Assembly (NCBI GenBank): GCA_013239625.1
Contig: MU054391.1
Location: forward strand, 5,973,824 to 6,037,823
Reading direction: 5' to 3'
Source: Lama guanicoe
Taxonomy: Eukaryota
DNA length: 64,000 nucleotides
Part shown: in pieces, positions 20,733 to 33,870 of the stretch
How the letters are laid out: each line of letters opens with the position of its first letter
Numbering within the stretch: position 1 is the stretch's first letter
Made by a program: the position numbers and the translations under genes
The notes under the pieces: generated by a model
Databases searched by the model: none
What the model saw: only the letters and a program-made list of their open reading frames with translations
Told to the model about the DNA's origin: nothing

Positions 20733-23700
20733 CAAATGGTCGTCTTTGAGGTGGTTTCTAAAGGGAGAGATGGGATACACTGGCTCTTTTGCTGTGTCCA
20801 AGCCGCCAGGCCCTTTGCACTGGGGTTTCTTTAATGGGCAAGCTTACATTCTCCAACGGGGTGGAGTCTTGTGAAAATGGGAAGTTAAATTACAGAGAAA
20901 GAAATAAGCTAAATATCTGGCTTATCTGAGTGTCGTGTGTTAAGTTGCAGCCTGGCCACGTGAGACTTCCTGGGCTGGGTTTTCTTCTCTCTGTGACTTT
21001 GTTCTGCAGATGGAAGGAACTCAGTCCCTCCGTCCAGCCATCCGGTCAGCTACGAGTCAGCCCGGAGGAGTGGAGCGGACGCGGGCTGGAATCAGATGGA
21101 CTGGATGTGTCCCCAGCCCAGACCCTTCCTGTCCGGCCTTGCTTTCCTCCGTAAAGCGAGGGTGGAGCAAAATACCTGGTTTCCCACCCAACACTGCTGT
21201 CGGGTTCTAGAGTTTTCCTCCACTTTTTCTGATCCTCTCCCCTCTTCTGTTTTTTTTTTTTTTTCCCTCCTGTCTTCTATTTCAGGCCAAAGTGTTTTTG
21301 CCTTGAAAGCTCTGATTTTCATTTGACAGGCAGCCACCCCAGAGCCATGGGCCACGAGCCATCGGGCCTGCCTTGAGTGACGCCTGTCCTCTTTTTCCCA
21401 GTCCCTCCAGCACATGAGATTTCCTCTAGGGCACTGCAAAGGTTTTTTCCGGAGCTGGAGTTCCCCAGTTGCTGAGCCAGAGTTACCTGACCCCCACTGT
21501 GTCCCCAGAGAGGTGTAATTATGCCATCAAATTCTCATTGGCTCTGCTTCAAGGATAAGGAGGCTGTTGCCCAGAGAGGTTGTTCAACTTGTACAAAGTC
21601 ACACAGGTCATCTTCCAAACCAGATCGTCTGACTCCAAAGTCCCCACCCCACACTGCTCTCCAAGGACTTGGCTCCTCTGGCCAGGGTCTGCCTGGGCCT
21701 GTGGGCAGAGCCCTGAAGGCACCCCGAGGAGCCCATCTAGACCTTAGAAATAGAGCTGCTCTTAAAACTAAATTTCAAATCAGTCTATTATGTAACAGAG
21801 ACGTGCACAGTCTTCTTAGAGGGTGAACAGCCCCCAGGGATACAAAGGAAGCTGAGTGAAGGCTGCGAGTAGAGAGATGGGCATGCTCAGCGGTGTGGCC
21901 CTTGGTGGTAGGGGGTCCAGCCGTGTTTTGTCTGGGATCAGGCACATCTGAGTCGTCTGGAGGGCTGGGGGACACCCCCCTAAGTCTTTTTGCCTCCTGG
22001 GAAGTGCTCTCCTACAGAAAGAGAGAACAGAGGTACAACAGCCCACCAGTTCATCCATCCATCCATTCAGTGACTACTGAGCCTTGACTATGTGTGAGGG
22101 ACTGTTCTGGAGTCTGGAGTGCACTGATAGAATGTTGGAGGGAGGGGCTGCAATAGAAGAGACATCAAAAGGGAACAGGCAGTGGTCTTGGCAGGAGGCG
22201 GAGCCTGAGCTTCAGCAGCTTGAAGGGCCAGGGAAGCCCACACCATTGCAGGCAGCAGGAGAGGGGAGCCATGCAGGGGCCGGCTCAGGGTGCTGTGCCT
22301 GTGCCCCAGGACCCCCAGGCCCTGTGACCCTCTCCAGAGAGAGGACTGGGAAGACTCCATCTCTGGGAGAAAGTAGTCCAGTCCTTGTCACACCTCATTT
22401 ACTCATTGTCATTAAAAGCATGGCTTCTGATTTATACATCAGCCATATAAACCTGGCTAATGTGAGTCTTCCCTGGAAGCCAATCTGTGCTCTGGTTCTG
22501 GCACAATACTGAGCTCTCTGAGTTGGGTCAGCTGAGGGTAAATGCTGCCTCAGGAGGCTCTTGGGGAACGACCAGCCGGTTTCAGCCACCAAAAACTTAG
22601 CAAGCAAGACGTCATGTTTAGTTGAAGCACAAAGATCGTGAAGCCTAGTGGTGAGAAGCCAGATGAATTCCTATCACCCCAGGCTTTTCCCGCCAGGTTT
22701 TCCCCAGCTTTGGCAGCCTAAGCCAGGACTGGGGTCATGCATGATGTGAGCTGCGAAGAGATCCACGTTATCTCTGCTGTGGTCTGAAAAAGAGTGTGGC
22801 TGGGGGCTGGGCCACTCCTTCCTGGAGTGGGAGGCAGTAGGTGTTGGCCCTGCCCTGGGCTCACCTGTCTACCTGCTGTCTTTGGGTTTCCTTACTCCGG
22901 AGGGTGGTCACTGCAGGCTGGATTCCCATAAACTTCATATATTTGATATTCAGTCTGCTCTGAAATGAGATTCTGGGATCCATTGTTTTTGGAGGTTTTG
23001 ACAGGATGCACAAGGAGCCAGATAAAATTGAAATAAAGTTGCAATCGCTGAGTTAATGACTGTGACAATAAAAATAATTCAGAACCAAATTAATGCAACA
23101 TTAGGGCTCATCATTATACTAATAATCTTCACACAGCAATACAAAAACAACAATTGTTTGGGGAGGAATGATTCATTCCACGGGAGAACAGAGTTTTGGG
23201 AAAATCTCAGAATTTCCTTCTGCAGTCTGAAGAGGGAGAAAGGCAAGCTAAGGTTTTCCGACTTACTGTGACAAAGAGATAGTCCCTGTGCTTAGGGGTC
23301 ACCCAGCTCACCAGGTGGGGGGGACAGCCTTAAATGACTGTAAAGTGAAGTGGCCTTGAGAGGAAGAGGGCCATAGGGAAGGTTTCCTGGAGGCAGCAGC
23401 ATTGAGCAGAGGAAAGAGGAGTAGCATCCATTGGGTCTCAACCCCTCCATGCCTCCCTCTCCTCTGCATCCAGCTGCAGTCTGGCTTTTGTCCCTTCTTC
23501 ACCTCCGAAATGCTCTTATCAAGTGACCTTCACGTTGTGAGCAGATCCAGACACGGGCCCTAGGTCCTCATCTTCCCTGACTCCCAGCAAGCTTCCACGG
23601 CCTCTGGGTTCCCACCAGCATCACTGAACCCTTTTTCTGTCTCCTCTGCTGGCTCTGCTTCCCTTCTGACCTCTGGACACCTGCGGGCTCCAGGCTGAGC

Positions 23701-23829
23701 CATCCCTTCACTCCTCCCTGTCTCCCAGCTCCCTGTCCATCGCATCCTGGACACTCACTGTCCACTCTTGACCCTTCTGACCGCCACCCTCAGGCATCTC
23801 AATGTCTGTGCAACGCCTCCCTGCGGTGT

Positions 23830-24270
23830 CTAATACACGTTTTTAAAACCAGACTTCATAATACAGAAAAATGCACACCTCCTAAGAGCCTAGCTCGATG
23901 CCATTCCACAAAGTGAATACACTGGGGCATCAGCTCCCGGATCAAGAAAGAGAACATTGCAGCTAAAGGGAGCCCCTCCTGGCCCCTGTGGCCTCACCAC
24001 GCCAGTGTGGCCATGTCCTGACTTTGTCACCTGAGATATTCTCCCCTGGCTTGGACTGAACATGAATGGAATCATAGGAAACCTGCTCTGGTGTCTGGCT
24101 TCTTCAGCTCCGTGTTGTGTTTGTGGGACTTGTCCATGTTCCTGTGTAGCTGTAGTCCATCCTTTTTGTTGCTGTAGAGGGTATTCCTTTGTATGAATAT
24201 ACCACAGTTTATTCATTCTGCTCCTGATTGGCCTTTGTGTTGTTTCCATTTTTAGAATTAGGAATATTCC
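23830..24270 (-). mobile_element. Old L1 3' UTR fragment
   Basis: GTGTCTGGCTTCTTCAGCTC...GTATTCCTTTGTATGAATATACCACAGTTTATTCATTC. Confidence 0.7.
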
Positions 24271-24519
24271 TGGTAGAGGAGGCTAACGGCTCGGTTTTAC
24301 TCCTTACTTTGCAAACCACCGGGGACTGAGCTTGACGTGGTGAGCGTGGGGTGACGGTGACACACACATGTGTTAATGGGGCCTGCGATGCCATGGCCTC
24401 ATGGAGGGCCTGCTGTTGGAATCTCAGCACCATAGGTGGCCTTTTTATTAAATAAAAAATGCGTGAATTAATGAAGGAATAAATGAATGAATGAATGAAT
24501 GCATTTCCAAAAAGAACAT

Positions 24520-24870
24520 TATTGCATGTCACCTTGTGTCAAATACTGTGCTGGCTGTCTTTATAAACGTTACCATATTTAATCCTTGGTGATGAGGTGA
24601 TTTCCTTGATTTTATAGATTGAAAAAAATGTTTAAGTCTCAGAGCATCCATGTCATTTAACTTCCCTGGGCTCAGTTTCCCCATCTGCGAAATGGCAACA
24701 ATAGATCTCAGCAGGTTGTTGAGAGAATAACTGAGTGCTATACATAAAGCAGTCAGCATAGTCCTGGCACAGAAAAGGGCTTAATAAACTCTTGCCCATC
24801 ATCTTTATGGTTCAAGGTCATGTAGCTTGTAAGTGGCCAACCCAGGGTTTGAACTTATGAACCTTACATC
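24520..24870. mobile_element. MIR elements (a plus-strand MIR at ~24650-24800 inside a minus-strand MIR)
   Basis: CATTTAACTTCCCTGGGCTCAGTTTCCCCATCTGCGAAATGG, flanked by TTTTATAGATTGAAAAAA and CAAGGTCATGTAGCTTGTAAGTGGC. Confidence 0.65.
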
Positions 24871-27800
24871 ATCTCACTGCATCGTTTCTACCACTGGGGA
24901 TATGGGAGTGTGAAAAAGAGGTCTTGGCTTATCTTTCCAGCCCTGGCCCTTCCTGCTCCTGAGCTTTGGGATGTGATGGCGGGGCTTGTGCATGAGCCAC
25001 CTCTGTCCCCTCCCTGCCTGTAATCTGGGCAGTGATTAAGCAGATCAGTTAAGACTCAGCCCTAGACTTCAATGTGGTGCCCTCCCTCCTCCAAACTCCC
25101 TTATCCAGAGGATGAGATTAGCATACAATTGTGGTCTCTGCTCACTAATTTCATTTTCTGTGTCTGGAGTAATAGGGCTTCTAGAACTCGCACACTAATT
25201 TAAATTCAAATAACAGCCAGCCTAGCATGTGACTTTGGAACTGGGACTGAGGCTCTGCTCTGAGCAAGGCCTGGCTGCCCCCAGCAGAGGGGATGGCGCA
25301 GTGCTTCTGGGAGCAGCCTCCTCCAGCATGGGGTCAGTCGGCTGCTCGGTCAGCTGTGACCAAGTTGAAGCCACAGTGACTCAACCCCGGGCAAGCCTCT
25401 CCCCAGCACCTTCATCTCAGGAGAACCAGCTAGTAATTAGAACAATGACCCATAAAGAGCAGTGCCCCTGGGGGCCTGGTGGGGGCGTTAGCTCTTCGGA
25501 TGGGACAGTCTCTTGGCTTCTTCCATTAATTCATCATTTACATCATACTCTTGGGTCAAGAGATGTCAGTTTCGAATGGGGACCAAATCTGGCCCTGCTT
25601 GTTAGTCACATCTGGTACTAAGAGGTTGTGGGGTGGGGCAGGCGGCATTTTCAAAAGGGACTGTGGCCCCAAATAGGACAGAACCACTTCCTTGGTCAGT
25701 GGAGATTTCCTTAGTTCAAGGGTCAGTGGTTGAAGAGCTGTGAACAGTGGGCACCACATGGTCTGCATTATGAAATAATGATCAGGGCTCCCTGGGTGGC
25801 TCTTGCTCAGCCCCAAGGGACCCCAGGAGGCCACTGCAACACCTGGGAGACCCCAAGGGGTCAGTACAACATCTCACTCCATTGCCTCCTGCCCGTCATT
25901 GGGGATGCACACTGAATTCCTTGTCTCTTCCAAAGCCAGTTCCCTTTGGCTAGCAGTGTTTGCTTCGTGTCTCCGCCTGTTTCTAATGCTCAGGAGACTG
26001 AGGCTACCCTCCTCAGGGCTCTTCTCTTATTCAGTTCCACAAACAGCCTAGGCCAGCCTCTGTGCTGGTGATACTGAGATCAGACTCGGGGTCTTTCCAT
26101 GAGGACCCCACAGACAAGCAGGCTGGGCGGGGTGCTTTCCAAAGTAGGATTTTATCAGTGTAACCAGAAAAAAAAAAAACAGCTCTAAGAGGAATGAGAT
26201 TTAGGAATCTCTGGGGTGAAACAGTTCAGGCTTCCTTCTTGCAGGACTGCTCAGAGCCTTTCTTGGCTGCTGAGAGGTGTAGGATGGGGCATTTCCCAAA
26301 CACACGAGGGCATGACCCTCACTGCAGACATGCCATGTGGCAGCCTGGACCAGGCTGTCTGGCCCTGTGAGGTGGGCAGCAGCATCTCCATCTTATAGAT
26401 GAGGGACAGAGGTATGAGTAGGTGAGGGACTTGCCCAGGTACACAGTTCAAAAGGGAGACAAATTACAGCCGGGGATCCCTTGCTTGGACTTGTCCCTCT
26501 CAAACTGCTGGGCCCTGCAAGGCTGTTGGTTAATGGAATGGTTTGGAGCCACCCTGTCAATGGCATGGGCTCTCTGAGTCCTTCAGGATGCTGTCTCATT
26601 AGGCCTTCAGATACAGTGTTTGGGGTTTGGGGGTTACAGATACCAGGTGTGAGCCTGGTCCAGGAATCAGGGAACACAGCATGAGTCTCAGCCCTGCCAT
26701 TTATCGGCTATGTGAATTGAACCAGTTCTTTCTGGACCTTGGTTCCGCCACGTGGAGATAACAGACCCCCTTTCTGTCCCCAGGAAAAGTACTGGCAACA
26801 ATTTCCTAGGCCTGTCAACAATTTGATGTATGCGCCATTTAGTGGGGAAAAAATGGTTTTCTTCAGTTGGCTGGAAGCCGTTACTTTTTTCTGGCCAAGA
26901 GGACTGTGCATCTCAACCCAGCCGTATGGTCAGCATGAGGCCAGCGCGCCTGCAGGGAGACTTGGTTCCGAGTAGGGGCTCTGCTTGGACTTGCTGTGTG
27001 AACTTGGGCAGGGCATCTCTCCTCTCTGACCTTGGGTGCTTCATCTTTACAATGGGGGACTAGTTTGCTGTGCTGGAGGGGTCCCCTGCTCCAGGGTTTC
27101 ATGACTGGGGTTCTGACCGATGGCCGATGGCTGCAGCTGGCCAAGACTGACAAGGGAGGGGGCCTTGGAGCCTCGCCACCCAACAGCATGTCCCAGAGGC
27201 AGGTGTGCTCGGCCGGCTGCTCCCAGGATCAGCCGCCAACGGGGCGGGTGAGGGATGGGGTCTTGGCGGGGATGCACCAGTGGGACCTGCTCTCCGGCAA
27301 GCAGGGCCCCGGAGTCCAGTGCTCATCAGCTAAGCAGGTAATTATGTGAGCGCTTTGTTCCCCGCACAAAGGAGCTCTCAGAGAACTTCCGAGAGGCTCC
27401 GCTTCCTGGCTGATTTGATTTTTCTCAAAACTGGAGTGTGAAAGCCAGGCTGAACCTGCCTAATTGTGCCTGCGAAGGCTATTCAGAGAGACCGTTCTTG
27501 GAAGGAAATCAGGACAATTAGCTCTTGGCTGCGGGTAGAGTGGGAAGCGAGCTAATCATGGTGAATGTCAGCTTGTTCCCGGGGGAACCAAAGGGCACAG
27601 AATTGAGAGAAGAAATAGGGAAAAAGCGGGGCATCTGCCGGGCCTACCCGCGGGGGATGGGTTCGTCCACCAGGCAGGAGCAGATGCTGGGCCAGGCCAG
27701 GGAGGGCTTGGGGGTGCTCGCCTCGGGCTGCTGACATTGGCTGTGTGACCTTAGACAAGTCACTGAGCCCCTGGGTGCTCCGTTTCTGAATCTGCAAAAC

Positions 27801-28439
27801 GAGTGCTGCTCAAAATGACCAGATGGAGCCCATCCATCATGGAAACGACAGGTGGGAGCTGCGGGTCCAGAGCAGATGGTGCCGGACGGGCCCGAGGAGA
27901 GGGCTTCTGCCTCCAAATGCAAACCCTGGTCCTCTGGCCACTCCTCAGCTGCTGTACCCTCCCTCTGCCCCTCCCAGTTTTCTTCCTGGAACAGAGGAAA
28001 ATTTATAATTCTAATGTGAGTGCCTCACTGGGCCTCCAAGTCAGAGAGGTGGCCATTCAAATCTCAGCTTTGCCTCTTCTTAGCTCTGTGGCCTTAGGGA
28101 TGCTCCTTGACCTCTCTGAGCTGTTTCTTAGCTGGATGCGTTACAGTACGCAGTGGCCGGATACCTAGCGGGTGACGAGTGCTCATAGTCTTTGCTGCAG
28201 CGTCTGGAAACTATGTGTCCATGCAAGCTCATTTTCCCCGGAATGAAAGCTTGTGTGAATGTGTGAATGTGGGGCCATTTAGACAGAAGTGTTTCTAAAT
28301 AGAATATGTGCTTTTCTACCTTTTTTGAATGGAATCCAGAGTGCATATTCTTTTTTTTTTAATATTCTTTTTTTTTCCTTAAAGAAAAGCAACAGTGTTA
28401 GAGCACCAGCCTTGTTGGTTGGGCCCCTGAGTCTGCACC

Positions 28440-28630
28440 CAGGCTCCATGCCTCACTGGGTGTATCTGACAAATCACAGTGATAACCAGCTTCCTTGTTT
28501 CTCAGTCAAGATAATGATCACACATACTTCCTAGGTGAGTTATGGGGATTAAACTCATTAATATACTCAGAAAAGGGACTGGCACTTAGTAAGTGCTCAA
28601 TGAATTTTAGCATCATCATCATTATTATTT
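28440..28630 (+). mobile_element. MIR 3' part
   Basis: GGGATTAAAC...CTGGCACTTAGTAAGTGCTCAATGAATTTTAGCATCATCATCATTATT. Confidence 0.65.
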
Positions 28631-29959
28631 GCTGGCTCAGGGTCACAGTGTAAGGTCCACCTATGCCAGCAGGTGACGTGGGAATGAATGCATTCCCACG
28701 TGGCTGAAAGAGAGAATGAAGGCTCGGGTTCAGCCAGTGCTCACCCGCATGGCTGGCAGGCCAGCATCTGTACCTACTGGTCTAGGCTGGACCACATCAG
28801 TCGTTAACTATTTTGAATCCCACCCCTGGGTAGAAGAGACAGACCCTCAGGGCTACCTCCAAATGCAGGGACTGAGGTGACAGATGTGGGTGCGGCCAGA
28901 GAACCAGCCCTAGAGGTGAGGGTCGCTGTGAGGAGCCCAGGACCAGCTGTTCCTGACTCCAGCCCCTCGTTTTGCACACAAGGGAGATAATGTCCCGCCT
29001 ACGTCAAATAAAGACTTAAAACAAGCTTTGTAAAGAGCAATGTGCCCACAGGCGCTCATGGTTGTATGACTGGGGTCCTCCTAGGTGACCAGGGTGGCGA
29101 TGGACCTGAAAACATGACATTTGAGGGATAGTTAAGATGTCAGAGAATTCTTCCCCTGAAGAGACCTGGAAAAAATGCAAGTGACTGATTCCATTGGTGT
29201 TTGGTTGAGTCAGTGTTTACTGTGGGCCGTGTGCTGTGTGATGTTTTGTGACTCCTTGTGGTTTCTCTTCCCCATTTTGCCAGGCTTGAGTACAGAAGCC
29301 CCCCCCACCAACGTCCGCGGTGTCTGAGGATGGGAAGAACGGTCTGCAGCGTGGAGGGGGCAGGGACAGCTGGCGGCGGTTTGCCGGTCGGCTCGGGGCC
29401 TGGCCGTCCTCCCACCCCGCGAGCTGCCTGGGTTGGGTGGCCTGGTGCAGACAGAGCCCTGCCGGGGAGCTCCGTCCACCCGGCCTCCTAGCAGCCCCTC
29501 CCCGCTGCCTACCTGCCGGCAACACACAATTCCATCTTAATGCCTTTTCAATAAAGCCTTAAAGATGACAAGCCCCATTTCCCGAGCAGAGCAGAACAGT
29601 TATTTTACACTTCATCTAATTGATTAAAATTACTCCTCTAAATTAACCAGGACTTGCAGAGCCCAGGGCGGGCTGGTGAGACCTGGAGCCAGAGTGGCTT
29701 ATCCGGGAGTGAGTTGCTGGGGGCGTGGGGCACTGGAGACTGGTTGGAGCCTGGAGGTGGGGGCTTCAGCCCCTCTCCTTGGCCCTGCTGTCCTTCCCCA
29801 CCCCGCCTCCTGATAACCTACAAACCTGTGTCAGCCACTGACTCCTAACAGGCTCTGTCCCTCCCTGGACCCTGGGCTGTGACTGTTAAGGGCCTCGCTC
29901 TTGGGGTTGGGATGGATCAGGGACACATCTGCTCACGTGTGTGGCAAGTGGGTGAAATG

Positions 29960-30110
29960 TTTGGCATCCAGCATCTTCTTTAACCCTCCAAACTGCCCTA
30001 AGAGGTAGATCATTATGATCCCAATGTACAGCTGAAGAAACTGAGGCCTGCAAGAGGCACTGGGGACTAAGGCTCACCCTGCTAACTTTGGAGCTCAGGC
30101 CTGTTCACTG
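29960..30110 (-). mobile_element. MIR
   Basis: CATTATGATCCCAATGTACAGCTGAAGAAACTGAGGCC. Confidence 0.6.
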
Positions 30111-31629
30111 CCCCGCTCCTGCCCTGCAGGGGCCCCGTGGGGCTGGGAGAGGTGCCTCATCCTCGCATGTGAGCTACCAAGCCCTGTCGTAGTGCGTGCT
30201 GCTCCTGTAGTTCTGAGCATCCCACCATGCGGCCTTGGTTAGGAGGGGGCCAGTTTGTTCACAATCTCTCCCAGGGGAAGACTTTCCCACCTGTGAGGGC
30301 TAGGGGCCTGGGAGAGGGCAACCGAGTCTATAAGGAAATGAGTGTGTTTGTGCGAGGAACGCACCGCCCTTTGCTGGGCTGATGTCAGCAAGATGGCAGA
30401 TTCCTCAAGAGCAGGAATGAGAGTTATGGCTTCACGAGCTGGATGTAAAATTCTGTTTGATGAGTGTGTGTTGACACCTGTTGAAGAGGCCTGTCACATC
30501 CTCTTTCAGGACACGGCTCAGAGGCCACCTCCTCTGTGAGGTCTTCCTGCTCTCTGGCCTTGCATTGGCTCTCCCCAGCCGTGAACTTGGTTCCGGGAGG
30601 TCCCTCCACTGCACGCATCGCCACTGAGTCTTACTTGCCTGGTTTTCCTGGCTCTGCCCCACAGTAAGCACTCAGTAAATGATTGTTAGATGAAAGAAAG
30701 GACAAATTAAGGGTTAATGAACAAGTGAGTAAGAAACAAATGAATGTGAATGGATCCCTTAGATGGAGCTGTAAGGAGTCTTCTCTGGGCAGCCCCCACC
30801 TCCCCTACCTACCCCTTGCTCCAGGACCTCACAGCTCAGCTCCGAGACACCTTCTGGCCTGCTGGCTACAGGGGCTGACAGACACCTCCTCCCTCCCCAG
30901 GCCTGGAAAGTAGGTGGTGGCAAGATGCAGAAGGGTCTGGAATTCCCCCCAAGGCGGGGCACATTCCTGGCCAGTGGTGGGTGGTGGGTGTGTGTCTGTG
31001 GGTATGTTCAGGGGATGGAGTGCATCCGTGGTCCTGCCTTGCTGGTCTCCTACACCAATGGGCTGTGCAAGGCCCTGGACACAAGACACAGCAGCTCTTT
31101 CCCTTGGCTTTCCGGGCTCCTGGCTCTGTCCTTCTCTGCTCTCCTGTCTGGGCCAGGAGGAAATGGAGGCGAGATGGAGGCCAAGCGCCTGGGCAGGAGG
31201 CCGGAGAAGCGTGATAGCGGGGCTGGTTCTCAGGGGGGACATGGTTGCAGCCAAAGTGCTCCCTGACGGGGAGGGTCCCCAGCAGGTCAGGTGGGATTGC
31301 AGATTACGGGGGCAGGCAGGGAACGGCGGTGCTAGCCAGGACTAGAGGAGGCAATTGGCCAGCTAGCGGGTGAGTCTGGACAGAGATGAGAGAGGTGGGA
31401 TCAGGACCAGTGTCCCCAGCCCCAGAGGCGTGTCCCCAGTGTACTTCATGGCACCTGTGTGTGGCCTGCCCATTCTCCTTTCCCAAACTGAAGATGACTG
31501 TGGCTGTTTGGACTTCTCTTCCCACTCAAGGTCTCCACGTGTTTACTAAGCCCTTTGGCCAACTGTCTGCTCACCCAGAGATGTCTCCAGGGCTTTCCTG
31601 GGGACAGCTCTCAAAACAACACATCAAAC

Positions 31630-32030
31630 TGTTGGGAGGAAAACCTTTTACTCCGTGGATTGGGGTTCAGCGGTTGGGGCTGCAGTAACTGACAATGGAC
31701 AGATTAACAGAAGAAAAGCTAAGTGTATTCATATGCATATGAGGGCCCAAAAGACGTGGCTTAGTAACTTGAGATAAGGGTTTGTACACCTAACTTAATA
31801 GGGGAAGGGGAGGGGCAGAAAGCAAAAAATGAGTTTATTTAGGAAAGACCTATGGGCTTTAAGAGATAAGACAGTCGTTCTGATGTTTGCCTATAGAGGT
31901 GGTCTTCTGTTTTCTTCTGGAGGGAAAATCTCCCGCAGGGAGGGGATTTATGGCAGCCTCCCTCCCAGAAGCATCTGGCTTTAGTCAGATAAAGGAAGCT
32001 CTGAAAAGGCTTCTTTCTGTGCTTGTTTAT
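31630..32030 (-). mobile_element. MER34-like ERV1 LTR (partial)
   Basis: TGTTGGGAGGAAAACCTTTT...AACTGACAATGGACAGATTAACAGAAGAAAAG resembles the reverse strand of MER34-group LTR ends. Right boundary uncertain. Confidence 0.55.
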
Positions 32031-32218
32031 TTATCTATTTCATTCATTAGTAAGCAGTCAGCCTCCTAGGCCCTGGGCACTGGCTTCTCTTTATAAATTC
32101 CCAATTTGAAGCCCCCATTTTAGGTATAGTTATACATATGCAATCAGAGGGAAAGATGTATTAGATTAAGGTGGTCCAGAATTGCTCCTAAGACAAGGAT
32201 TGTCCAAACTAATAATTC

Positions 32219-32847
32219 TGAGACAGGAAGGGGGCAGGGCACAGCCATGCAAGGAATGCTATAGCAATTAACATCAAAATGGTGGAAGATTCAACCCCCG
32301 GTAGGCCCTGAGGCTCAGGATGATGGGAGATTTAACTTCTAGTAGACCTTGAGCTTCATTATACGCTCACCGTAATATATTAACATGGTGAATAACATCC
32401 CACAGGCACCACGGCAATCCCAAGGTCTAGCCACAAAAGGTCAAAAAGTGGGAAATGGCCAACTTCCTGGGAATCTCAGCCCCTTCCCCAGGCTACTTAG
32501 ATTGGTCCTTCCACTTATTAGCATATGAAGCCACCAAGCCCATAAAAATTGGCAACATGGGCACCTCGCGGCAGCCCTCTCTCTCCCTCTTTGGAGATGG
32601 CCCGCATTCTGTCTATGGAGTGTGCATCTACTTTTAATCTGAGCACCCAACCCCCACACCTCGTGGCCTTTGTCTTGCCTTTCAATGGATCTCTCTGAAT
32701 AAATCTACCTTTACTCAACTGTGGCTGGCTCTTGAATTCTTTCCTGCATGAAGCCAAGGACCCACACTAGGTGGGGCACGTCCCAGGGGCTCAACCGAGA
32801 CCTGGGACACAGCCCTCCTTACGCCCCACATCTGTTTTCCTGCATCA
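32219..32847 (+). mobile_element. MER41-like ERV1 solo LTR, copy 1 (629 bp)
   Basis: TGAGACAGGA...TGCATCA with perfect 4-bp TSD ATTC. Contains TTAGCATAT, CCCATAAAAAT (TATA-like), TCTGTCTATGGAGT, AATAAA (32698-32703) and TGAATTCTTTCCTG, collinear with primate MER41 as recalled. Confidence 0.85.
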
Positions 32848-33402
32848 ATTCTACCTAATAAAACTGAAAAAAGAAAAAAAATCATTATTACCAGGTTAAG
32901 TGCTAATATCACATTAAACTAAGTACACACACCCGGCCGTCCCCACCCCAAAAGAAGAGGGCTGTCTTTGTTCCCAAGGATGCCCTCATGTCCTTGGCAC
33001 CAAATCAGCAGAGAAGACGGAAAAACTCTGCATGAGACGAGTTCTGGTTTTTGTGGCAGAGACAGTAAAAGATGAGAAGGCGAGTGTGGTGGAGGGTGGG
33101 GGCCAAGGTACTGGGAGCCGCGGGCATTCTGAGACTGGGGGAGCCTGCAGCTCCTTTTCAGCTTGCTGGCCTGGCCCTGGTGCAAACGCCCTTTTCAGGG
33201 TTCCCTCGGTGTCCACTGGCTCCTGAAGGCTGTGTAAATGAACTTGAACGTCAAGTTCTCTGAGCCTGAAGGAGAGCTGAGTTTCGCACCTGGATTCTGG
33301 AGAGATGGAGGCAGGATCCTGGAGGCCCCGGGGATCTGAAGTCCTGAAGAAGATTTGACTTCGGGAGAGGAGAGGAGAGGCAGTTTTCCCAGCTCCTGAT
33401 AA

Positions 33403-33867
33403 TGTTACGGAAATGACAGGCCAGTCAAGAAACAAGCACCACTCGGAGGGTTGGAGTACTCAGATGTATTACGCCGGCGGGCTCAGAGAGGCTTCTGCTC
33501 CGAAGCTCTGAGCACCTCCAAGACGTGCACATGAGGTTTTATAGGGTAAAGTACAAGCTTGGGGTATTCAGCCAATAGGCATGGAACAGCTTTAGCAGCA
33601 TTATCATCACAAAAGTGGAGGCAGGGAGTCAGCAAACCAACATTCCAAAGCCAGATATGTATCTTTGAAAACCCAGCTGGCTGGCAAAAAAACATGAACA
33701 GCAAACCAACACTAATTAACTTAGATTTACAAGTTAGTCCAGCAGAACTCAGATCAGTATTCCGATACTTAGATCTGTGAGTTATCTTGTCAGCCCAGCC
33801 CAGCCTCCCCTTCACATTCCTAGACTTGTGAGTTGTCTTGTTAGACCAGCCCGGTTTTTCCTTCACA
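33403..33867 (-). mobile_element. ERV solo LTR (family not identified), with a 51-bp tandem duplication at its 5' end
   Basis: Minus strand TGTGAAGG...CCGTAACA. TATA (CCTATAAAACC on the minus strand, ~33535-33545) and polyA-like AATACA. Repeat units end at 33816 and 33867. Confidence 0.75.
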
Positions 33868-33870
33868 ATA

